This document shows positions 48,028-55,420 of a DNA stretch of 56,003 nucleotides, piece by piece. A program made the position numbers and the translations under genes. This stretch comes from Thermoplasmatota archaeon (GTDB lineage: Archaea > Thermoplasmatota > E2 > DHVEG-1): NCBI GenBank assembly GCA_035543435.1, contig DATKKD010000047.1:1-56003 (forward strand). Reading direction: 5' to 3'. The notes beneath the pieces are model-generated. The model saw nothing but the letters and a program-made list of their open reading frames with translations. It searched no databases and had not been told where the DNA came from. The stretch's first letter is position 1, and every line of letters begins with the position of its first letter.

Positions 48028-49203
48028 ATGAGAGTGGCGATGATTGGCTGGGAGTATCCACCATTTACGGTAGGCGGGTTAGGTACCCATTGTTATGGAC
48101 TGACTCGAAGTCTTTGTAATATGGGTGTGAAAGTAGATTTTTATATGCCTCAAACGAAACATGGCGCAAAAAGTGATTCTTGTAATTTGGTGATTAAAGA
48201 GGTGGGTGAGACCACAGTTTTTCCCTATGATCGTCCTCAAAGCAATGAAATATCTGGCCAGTTCTTTGAAGCTGTTGCTCGTTATAATGCGTTAGTTGTT
48301 GCGAGAGTGAAAGGTAAGTATAACATCATTCATTGTCACGATTGGCTTACGATTCAAGCAAGTATCGCGCTAAAGGATCTTCTGGACATTCCTTTGGTTC
48401 TTACGGTTCATTCAACGGAGTATGACCGATGTGGCTGGCTTCATCCCAATCAATGGTTCATTGATGTTGAACGAGGAGGAATGGAAAAAGCTGATAAAAT
48501 TATCGCGGTGAGTCAATTTACGAAAAGAACGATGATTGAAAAATACGGGATAGATCCTGAGAAGATCACTGTCATTTATAACGCGGTGTACCCGATCTCT
48601 GAAGGAGAGAAGCAGAAACTTGTTTTGTTTTTAGGTCGCCTGACCATTCAGAAGGGTGCTGAGGTGTTTCTCCGCGCAGCAAAGAAAGTGACAGAATTTG
48701 AACCCGGTGTTCGATTTGTAGTCGCTGGTGCCGGTGATCTACTCCCTCAGTTAATCAATCAGGCTGTTGAGTTGGGCATCTCGAACAGGGTAATTTTTAC
48801 GGATCGTCTTACTGATGATGAAATGAAACATATCTATGGTATTGCGAGTGTGTATGTGATGCCCTCAGTGAGTGAACCTTTTGGCATCACTGCCTTGGAG
48901 GCGATCTCTGCAGGTACTCCCACGATTGCTTCGAAAACCGCAGGCGTCTGCGAGACGTTCCATAACTGTTTAAAGGTTGATTTCTGGGATGCTGACGAGA
49001 TAGCAAACAAGATCATATCGGTATTACGATATGAATCGTTAAGTAAAGCACTCATAAAGAATGGGAGGCAGGAAATTGAACTTTTTACTTGGGATAAGGT
49101 TGCTGAAAAAACACTCGATGTGTATGACGGTCTCAATGTTGCGAGATTGAAAAAACAGCTTGAGGAGAGAGAAAGGATATACAAGTTGAATACAACCTCC
49201 TAA
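48028..49203 (+). CDS. GT4-family glycosyltransferase (glycogen/starch-synthase-like N-terminus)
   Basis: MRVAMIGWEYPPFTVGGLGTHCYGLTRSL start (ATG 48028). HCHDW motif. C-terminal GT-B motif EPFGITALEAISAGTPTIAS. Confidence 0.8.
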   Translation: MRVAMIGWEYPPFTVGGLGTHCYGLTRSLCNMGVKVDFYMPQTKHGAKSDSCNLVIKEVGETTVFPYDRPQSNEISGQFFEAVARYNALVVARVKGKYNIIHCHDWLTIQASIALKDLLDIPLVLTVHSTEYDRCGWLHPNQWFIDVERGGMEKADKIIAVSQFTKRTMIEKYGIDPEKITVIYNAVYPISEGEKQKLVLFLGRLTIQKGAEVFLRAAKKVTEFEPGVRFVVAGAGDLLPQLINQAVELGISNRVIFTDRLTDDEMKHIYGIASVYVMPSVSEPFGITALEAISAGTPTIASKTAGVCETFHNCLKVDFWDADEIANKIISVLRYESLSKALIKNGRQEIELFTWDKVAEKTLDVYDGLNVARLKKQLEERERIYKLNTTS

Positions 49204-49314
49204 AATCATAAAAAGAATTGATACAAGCATTTTTACGATGAACACCTTACGGTATTTTTCTCCATATTTTTATTGATTTTAAAGAAGTATTTTTAAGAAC
49301 TTTGTTTTACATAA

Positions 49315-49545
49315 ATGTGTAATAATTTTACGCATTTATATGCCTCAATACACAATGATATATACTACATCCCGCATACACCTTTTATCCAACACACATA
49401 GGAAAGCGTGGGTGAGATCAATCATAGCGGATAACGAGTTTAGGCACGTCGATAAGGAGACGAACCTGAGGAATCGAAAACATCTTCAAGCTTTAATAAC
49501 AAGTGACTTTAGACGAGTAATATTTACGAAGTGCGTGGATTAGTT
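49315..49545 (+). repeat. diverged direct repeat, right copy (partner 47766..47985)
   Basis: See 47766..47985. The two copies bracket the glycosyltransferase gene. Confidence 0.6.
49340..49543 (+). CDS. hypothetical 67-aa protein encoded inside the repeat
   Basis: Track ORF. The only support is its partial conservation in the left repeat copy. Confidence 0.3.
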   Translation: MPQYTMIYTTSRIHLLSNTHRKAWVRSIIADNEFRHVDKETNLRNRKHLQALITSDFRRVIFTKCVD

Positions 49546-49636
49546 TCGCATTTAACGCTAGAAAAAAACGGTAAGATATACGAAATAGCAAGGGCGATCA
49601 TATCGTCAAAATCTCTTTTAAAGGAGGAGAAATGAC

Positions 49637-49927
49637 ATGGTATGTTGTGAAGAATGTGATAAGGAATTAGGTGTTCTACAAAGGTATCGTCATCCTGCTT
49701 TAGGGATAAGATTCTTGGTTTGCGGGAAATGTTTTGAGAAGATAGACAAAGACATGGAACGATGGAGAACATTTTGTCTTTCGGATTCATTCAACGCAGA
49801 ATCATCCAAGATTGACATCCAAGAGGCATGGAATAAAAATATCTCAAATGACCCGTTGCTACAAAAATGGTTTTGTAATCTTTGGATTAAAATAGAATCT
49901 CAACCGTGTAGACATTCAATCCAGTAA
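49637..49927 (+). CDS. 96-aa zinc-ribbon protein
   Basis: AAGGAGGAG lies 7 nt upstream. Motifs CEECDK ... CGKC. Confidence 0.5.
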   Translation: MVCCEECDKELGVLQRYRHPALGIRFLVCGKCFEKIDKDMERWRTFCLSDSFNAESSKIDIQEAWNKNISNDPLLQKWFCNLWIKIESQPCRHSIQ

Positions 49928-50037
49928 CGTAATTAACGAAAAAAATATCATTAGCCCGTTCATGTCAACGACACCCATAAAAACATGGGGTACATTTACT
50001 GGATAACCATTTAAACTAAGGTATCGGTGATTGTATT

Positions 50038-50283
50038 TTGATAAATGAAAAAGATGAATTTGTTGAACGATCTCATAATAAATTTCTTCAAATGGCTAAG
50101 GATTTTGTTGCGGTATGTCCAAAATGTAAAAGTAAGAAGGTTACCATCAGAAAAAGAAAGTCGCCTAAATATAGATGTCACGATTGCGGCAATGAATTTC
50201 ATGATCCTAAGACAAGGATTGTTTACACAACGCAAAAACAAAAAGATGACTTTGGTCGACGATACTCTAATCCTGATGAATAA
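50038..50283 (+). CDS. zinc-ribbon protein (transposase-type Zn-ribbon-like)
   Basis: CPKCKSKKV...KYRCHDCGNEF resembles the N-terminal Zn-ribbon of IS1/IS1595-type transposases, but no transposase body follows. The track start is TTG; an alternative ATG is at 50092. Confidence 0.45.
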   Translation: MINEKDEFVERSHNKFLQMAKDFVAVCPKCKSKKVTIRKRKSPKYRCHDCGNEFHDPKTRIVYTTQKQKDDFGRRYSNPDE

Positions 50284-50358
50284 ATGACCACTTGATTTTT
50301 TATTTTTCAATTTTACTGAAAATCTCCATTAAAGGAAAAATTATTATAAGAGGATTGT

Positions 50359-50490
50359 ATGGAAGATACCAAAATGAAGTGGCGTTGTAAAAGTTGTGGA
50401 ACATATTTTGATGAGTTATCAGATTTATCGATTTGTCCAATTTGTAATTCAAAGAGGATTGAAAGGATCTCTGAGGATAAACGTGACTGA
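50359..50490 (+). CDS. 43-aa rubredoxin-like zinc-ribbon mini-protein
   Basis: Not in the track. My translation is MEDTKMKWRCKSCGTYFDELSDLSICPICNSKRIERISEDKRD. AGAGGA lies upstream. Confidence 0.4.
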   Translation: MEDTKMKWRCKSCGTYFDELSDLSICPICNSKRIERISEDKRD

Positions 50491-50580
50491 AAATAATCAT
50501 GTATTTGTCTAGGTTTCATTGTTCTTTAGAATATACTCCGAGAATCCTGTTTCAAGATTAAAATGAATCATTCTTTTGGA

Positions 50581-50799
50581 TCAGTTGTTGCAATGGAATT
50601 TTAGCCCTGTTACTGTCGAGGTATATAATATACCATGTATTGTTCTAATTTTATGAATAACGATTTCTCCGATGCTTTCATAATCTTCTGCTTCAATTTT
50701 TGCTATAAAATCGTATTCTTCAAATAACGGATGAAGTTCGATAATCTCAGGGAGTTTCGAGTTTATTGAATACATCATTTTCATGCAATGGTGGAACAT
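50581..50799 (-). CDS. stand-alone Lrp/AsnC ligand-binding (RAM) domain protein
   Basis: The pattern ...IELHPLFEEYDFIAKIEAEDYESIGEIVIHKIRTIHGILYTSTVTGLKF follows the RAM-domain pattern (G.yD....v...d...l..fv...i..i.GV..T.T). There is no HTH. Confidence 0.5.
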   Translation of the reverse strand: MFHHCMKMMYSINSKLPEIIELHPLFEEYDFIAKIEAEDYESIGEIVIHKIRTIHGILYTSTVTGLKFHCNN

Positions 50800-51165
50800 G
50801 TACCATCTTTATTTCTCCTTATGTATCAGGGATGTACGGTCAGATAGAGATTTTCATAATTGGTTCTGCAAACCCCTCTGTTATTTGTTTATCTGAAGTG
50901 TATATCATTGGAGGGATGGGAAGGGACGAGGGGGAGAGGAGAGTGATTAGGATGGGATGCATTTTTAAAAGAGAATCCCTCATCCCTTAGTGTTTTATCT
51001 GAGTGTTAAAGGTTGTTGACTTGGATTGTGTTTCAAGTTCCCCCAACAATCAACGACATACGTATTGCATAACAGTATTTAAATGTATGCTTAAATTAAT
51101 AACAATATGTAAAAATAATTCATTTTGATTCATTGTTATACATTATTATTTAGAAATATTTAAAA

Positions 51166-51336
51166 ATGAATGAAGAATATGGCGATACGATTCCCATGGT
51201 AAAAAGAACAACGATAAGCCTCACAGAAGGAGAAATCAGACAACTGCATGAAATAGCGAAAGAAGAACATCGACCTATCAGTCGCCAGATCGTTCACATG
51301 ATGGAAATCTATAAAAAACAACGCAAAGAAAAATAA
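51166..51336 (+). CDS. ribbon-helix-helix protein, paralog 2
   Basis: Not in the track. My translation is (MNEEYGDTIP)MVKRTTISLTEGEIRQLHEIAKEEHRPISRQIVHMMEIYKKQRKEK. By homology the real start is probably ATG 51196. Confidence 0.55.
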   Translation: MNEEYGDTIPMVKRTTISLTEGEIRQLHEIAKEEHRPISRQIVHMMEIYKKQRKEK

Positions 51337-51641
51337 TTCCCCCGCATCCTTTTCAATCCTAACTACTTTTATCTTTGGTACAACAGAGTATTAGAGAGAT
51401 GAAGGTTTGGAAGATATTTGCTGGGAAGTGTCATTAAAAGAAACCTTCGCTCTCTCTTGGTATTTCCTTCTCCCTATTTCTGAATTGTTGTGTTTCCATC
51501 GCACTGATACAATCAGGAGTTTCCATAACGCATAATAGTATTTATAGTTATGCACAAGGTTATATAAATTATATGCACATTAATTAACTTTGCATAATAT
51601 TCGTCCGAATGAAAACCTAAGAATGTCCGGGGGAGAATCCA

Positions 51642-51782
51642 ATGATAAAGAGAACAACGATAAGTCTTCATGTGGAAGATATCGGACTACTAAAAAAATT
51701 AGCGAAAAAGGAACATCGACCTATCAGCAGCCAGATTGTCCATATGATGGAATTTTATAGAAAGAACCATGAAGAAATATAA
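51642..51782 (+). CDS. ribbon-helix-helix protein, paralog 3
   Basis: Not in the track. GGGGGAG is 7 nt upstream. My translation is MIKRTTISLHVEDIGLLKKLAKKEHRPISSQIVHMMEFYRKNHEEI. Confidence 0.6.
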   Translation: MIKRTTISLHVEDIGLLKKLAKKEHRPISSQIVHMMEFYRKNHEEI

Positions 51783-51886
51783 AAAAGATCTAAAACCGAG
51801 AAAAAAGGGTTTACCTACTATGAAGAACTCCAATTTCCATGCTAATGCCTATCATTTAAATAAAAGTATTTATTTTATATGTTCTT

Positions 51887-51917
51887 GTGGGGAAGGGATC
51901 ACAAATTTGCAAGTAAA
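51887..51917 (-). repeat. degenerate tRNA-3'-half-like copy (copy F)
   Basis: gtggggaagggatcacaaatttgcaagta compared with caggggaagggatttaaacctcaatttgccggta of copy C, 50 nt away. Confidence 0.35.
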
Positions 51918-51937
51918 TTCATCACGATTCATTAGTT

Positions 51938-51987
51938 CAGGGGAAGGGATTTAAACCTCAATTTGCCGGTACGATAAGGATTGACAG
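51938..51987 (-). repeat. tRNA-Leu 3'-half-like fragment (att-like copy C)
   Basis: 44/50 identical to 53298..53347 by hand alignment. The first 20 nt correspond to the acceptor 3' strand + T arm of tRNA-Leu. Confidence 0.7.
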
Positions 51988-52002
51988 ATGATTTTCTCTT
52001 TT

Positions 52003-52509
52003 CTATTTAAGATTCTTTTGAAGTTTTACTTTTTTATATAAAAATTGGATGGCGCCTCCAACAATAAAACCGGGTAAAATAAAAATTCCAAAAGCAAATA
52101 GCACTACGATTATGAGAAATAACGCATCACCGATATAACCCATTATACCCTCCCATGCGTAATGTTGCATTCTTGGGGCGACTAGATAGTCCCAATTTGC
52201 TAAAAGTGTAATGATAGCATAAAAAAATAAAGTAATAATACCTACAAATAAACTCGTCAAAAAAATATGAACACTTTTTTGGATTTTTGTTAGATAAATT
52301 ACTAATGCCCCACATCCCACTCCAATCATAAATGATGCTATCAGAAAAATAACGGGTGCAAATGTATTTCCCAAATTTCCCCATTTTATTAAACCCAAAC
52401 TAGTGTTCTTACCTGAAGCATCTAAAATAAACATACTACTAATGAGGGTAGTACCTATGAGAATACAGAGTAAAATAGATCCTATTTGCTTTGGTTTTAT
52501 TTTCATCAT
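52003..52509 (-). CDS. hypothetical polytopic membrane protein
   Basis: 168 aa with about 5 hydrophobic helices. AT-rich codon usage like the rest of the island. Confidence 0.5.
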   Translation of the reverse strand: MMKIKPKQIGSILLCILIGTTLISSMFILDASGKNTSLGLIKWGNLGNTFAPVIFLIASFMIGVGCGALVIYLTKIQKSVHIFLTSLFVGIITLFFYAIITLLANWDYLVAPRMQHYAWEGIMGYIGDALFLIIVVLFAFGIFILPGFIVGGAIQFLYKKVKLQKNLK

Positions 52510-52585
52510 TTTTTTACTGTTAATAATAATCTCTTAACTTACCATAAAACTATCTTATGGTGTCCCTTTGAATCTAATAAAAAAT

Positions 52586-52604
52586 TGCAGGGGGGGATTT
52601 GAAC
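52586..52604 (-). repeat. tRNA-Leu 3'-end fragment (att-like copy D)
   Basis: tgcagggggggatttgaac equals tgcaggggaagggatttgaac of the tRNA apart from a 2-nt deletion. It is preceded by the same A-run. Confidence 0.6.
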
Positions 52605-52706
52605 GCCACTTTCATATTAAAAAATATGATTTTCTCCCGTTGATAAAAAAGAGTCATTTAATATGTAATTAATTGTTTTGAAATTGCAAATTAATGAGGT
52701 GCTAAT

Positions 52707-52913
52707 TTGAAATATAGATGGAAAAGACATGTAACAAATACGTTGCTCTATGCAATAATCATAACAGCAATAATGGGAATAATCAGACAATACACAAGGG
52801 AAGGTACGATTATTTTCGCTATTGTAAGCGTTGTTGCACCTGCTGCAGACCGATTAGTAGAGAACAAACACTTGAAAGAATTGGAGGACAAGGGTATTTC
52901 TCCCAAACCATAA
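52707..52913 (+). CDS. hypothetical small membrane protein
   Basis: Track ORF with a TTG start and two hydrophobic segments. Weak support. Confidence 0.3.
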   Translation: MKYRWKRHVTNTLLYAIIITAIMGIIRQYTREGTIIFAIVSVVAPAADRLVENKHLKELEDKGISPKP

Positions 52914-52979
52914 ATGGTTGGCTTCCCTCTTCATTTATCGTAAAATTAACGTCAATTCCCCTGTTGCCAAGCAATTATA

Positions 52980-53210
52980 TTATTTTTCCAGGAGCCTTTG
53001 ATACGGCAATTTAGTCTTCTTAAATATAGTAAGAAATAATAGACATATAGACATTATTATTATCGAAACTGCAAGCATAATCCAATCATATTGAATAGGA
53101 TGCTGATTATAAGTTGTTTTGATAATATTAAAGATACTCATTAATCCAATTCCAGCAAAGAAACTAATAGCTACAATCAACCAACGGTTCCTTTTTTGTT
53201 CTCCATCCAT
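52980..53210 (-). CDS. hypothetical small membrane protein
   Basis: 76 aa with two clear TM helices (WLIVAISFFAGIGLMSIFNII, WIMLAVSIIIMSICLLFLTIF). Confidence 0.4.
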   Translation of the reverse strand: MDGEQKRNRWLIVAISFFAGIGLMSIFNIIKTTYNQHPIQYDWIMLAVSIIIMSICLLFLTIFKKTKLPYQRLLEK

Positions 53211-53288
53211 CTTTTTAACCTTATGAAAAAAGAGGTTCTTTGGTTATTTAAACATTTGTTAGGTCGAAATCATCCCTGATGAAACGAA

Positions 53289-53347
53289 AAAAAAGTGCAG
53301 GGGAAGGGATTTGAACCCCAGTTTACCAGTACGACAAGGATTGACAG
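53289..53347 (-). repeat. tRNA-Leu 3'-half-like fragment (att-like copy B)
   Basis: 53289-53318 is identical over 30 nt to 55414-55443 (A-run, discriminator, acceptor 3' strand, T arm). It then continues as a diverged variable-arm/anticodon-stem-like sequence shared with copy C. Confidence 0.75.
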
Positions 53348-53356
53348 TGTAACTTA

Positions 53357-55282
53357 TCAGAAGAACTTCCATACTGTTATACTTGCCTGTATGGTTTTCC
53401 CTGAGTTATCATAAGCAATCACGGTAATAGTATGTTTGGAAAATGAAGGAGTCATCCAAGTCCAGACATATGGTGCATCGGTATCGGTTGCTTTGAGGGA
53501 ACCGTCGACGGAGAACTCGACATGGTTGATGCCGAGTGGAATTTGGCTGGCTTGGGCCTTGATAGTTATTGGCCCGATTGTGATGCATCGCTTTGGCAAC
53601 CAAAAAACCCTGATATTAAGCAGATAAATCCCATTTTTTGGTTTCGTGATTGAGACAGAAGGGAGTTTGTAACTTATAGAAACACGAGCAGTATCACTGC
53701 TTTGGTTCCCTTCACTATCGGTGACAGTGAAAGTTGCAGTAAAGTTCCCGACGGACGTATAGTTATGGCTTGGGCTTTGCTGGTTCGAGGAGAAACCATC
53801 CCCGAAATCCCAGTTATATGCGTAAGGTGGTAAACCGCCATATACAGTGCCACCAAATTGAATAACAGTTTCATAATAGCCAGTATAAGGGCCATTTGCA
53901 TTAATGTTTAAAGGACCTCGACCGAAAGCATGCATATAACCCCCATAGGATTCATCCCCGATGTAGAGCGTCCCGTCTGGTCCTATCGCGGTCGGAGACT
54001 CTATCCACATACCTAGATGTTTTTCCCATCGCTCTGTACCATTTGAGTTTACAGCAATCATATAACCATGGGATTGATCATCCCAATTAGATGTACCGAA
54101 GTAGGTGGTCCCATCTGCTGTATGGGCGGGCGTAGAACCATAGATATATCGATAATTTCCCGGAGTATAAACCCATTTAATCGTCCCATTTGGGTACACT
54201 GAATAAAGACTACTATCGCCGGCATAGATAGCTCCATCTGGCCCAATAGTTGGGTGCGTCCCGGCTCCAACATCAATTTTCCATTTCATCGTTCCATTAT
54301 TTGGATAAATTGCATAGAGGTTACCATCAAGGGAGACACAGTGGACTGTTCCGTCCTCCTCGACACATGGACCAACTCGGACCCAATTGCCTGTTAAAAA
54401 ACTCCATTTCACGGTCCCATTATTTGGGTAAAATGCGTAAAGATTGTGGTCATGGCTTCCACAATATACTGTACCATCCGGACCGATGGCTGGGGATGAA
54501 AGAACACATGCATTCGTCTTATATTGCCATTTCACTGTTCCATTAGGGTTCATGGCACGGACATAACCATTCCAGTCACCAAAGTAAATGGTTCCATCGG
54601 CGCCTATCGCTGCTGATGAATCTACATCATTCCCTGTGCAATAGCTCCATTTTATGGTTCCATTACTCGCGTACACAGCGTAAAAATAATTCGGCATTCC
54701 CCAGATAGTTCCAAAATAAAGAATGCCATTTTGGTCTATTGCTGGGGTCGTTGTTATTGCTCCACTAAGGTCTGTCAATTTCCATATCAACGTTCCATTT
54801 GGATAGAGTGCATAATAATCACACCAATATTCTCCAAAATAAATACGACCTTGTTGGTCTATGCATGCTCCACCCTCAAAATCAGAACCATAAAATCGCC
54901 ATTTCTCTACACTATCCGTTTTTTGTGGAACAATATAGGGACTTGTGCCAGTATGACGGGTATCATGACTCATCATGGGCCATGAGGAATTTAAAAGCTC
55001 CGAGGATTGTATTGGATTACGAATTTGAGTAGATTCATAATGCAATTCATTCTTACAAACACTTTGAGGATTTAACTGGTCCATATGTTCGAGGATTATA
55101 GGTATTCTTTTTTCGTACTCAAGCCTTTCTTCGAGAGAGTAACTTGTATAATAAGCGTATTCCGAGGCTTGTTGATACCGTCGTTGCTGTAAGGGTATAT
55201 TATCTATTTTTTGTCCATTTGATGGAATGATTGCTGTCCCAATGAACAAGAGAATGATTCCAACCGCCAACCATTTCTTCAT
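53357..55282 (-). CDS. secreted PQQ-like beta-propeller repeat protein with PKD and Ig-like C-terminal domains
   Basis: Signal peptide MKKWLAVGIILLFIGTAIIPS. Repeated ...GT.KW.......SSPAIG.DGT.Y.G..D..LYA..PNGT.KW blades. PKD YNWDFGDGFSS...FTATFTVTDSEGN. Confidence 0.75.
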   Translation of the reverse strand: MKKWLAVGIILLFIGTAIIPSNGQKIDNIPLQQRRYQQASEYAYYTSYSLEERLEYEKRIPIILEHMDQLNPQSVCKNELHYESTQIRNPIQSSELLNSSWPMMSHDTRHTGTSPYIVPQKTDSVEKWRFYGSDFEGGACIDQQGRIYFGEYWCDYYALYPNGTLIWKLTDLSGAITTTPAIDQNGILYFGTIWGMPNYFYAVYASNGTIKWSYCTGNDVDSSAAIGADGTIYFGDWNGYVRAMNPNGTVKWQYKTNACVLSSPAIGPDGTVYCGSHDHNLYAFYPNNGTVKWSFLTGNWVRVGPCVEEDGTVHCVSLDGNLYAIYPNNGTMKWKIDVGAGTHPTIGPDGAIYAGDSSLYSVYPNGTIKWVYTPGNYRYIYGSTPAHTADGTTYFGTSNWDDQSHGYMIAVNSNGTERWEKHLGMWIESPTAIGPDGTLYIGDESYGGYMHAFGRGPLNINANGPYTGYYETVIQFGGTVYGGLPPYAYNWDFGDGFSSNQQSPSHNYTSVGNFTATFTVTDSEGNQSSDTARVSISYKLPSVSITKPKNGIYLLNIRVFWLPKRCITIGPITIKAQASQIPLGINHVEFSVDGSLKATDTDAPYVWTWMTPSFSKHTITVIAYDNSGKTIQASITVWKFF

Positions 55283-55410
55283 CTATTTCCTGCCCCTATA
55301 TGAAAATTAAAGACCTCTTCTCTATTTAAAATCTTCCCCGTGTAATTTGTACCGGTATTTAGGAGTTCAAATCATTTTTTAGTATTATGGCATGGTTCAC
55401 CTGGAAAAAT

Positions 55411-55420
55411 AAGAAAAAAG
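55411..55420 (-). terminator. oligo-T tract after tRNA-Leu
   Basis: Plus-strand aagaaaaaag reads CTTTTTTCTT immediately 3' of the discriminator base on the minus strand. Confidence 0.5.

Noticed and set aside
50918-50951. The G-rich run gggatgggaagggacgaggggg resembles the ggggaagggat core of the tRNA 3' end.
   Set aside because: The match is limited to about 9 nt (gggaaggga), with no flanking A-run or T-loop sequence.
51769-51954. 61-aa ORF reading through att-like copies F and C. Considered as a remnant of an SSV-type integrase split by integration.
   Set aside because: The translation shows no integrase-like motif (no R..H.R..Y pattern). It is largely dictated by the repeat sequence itself.
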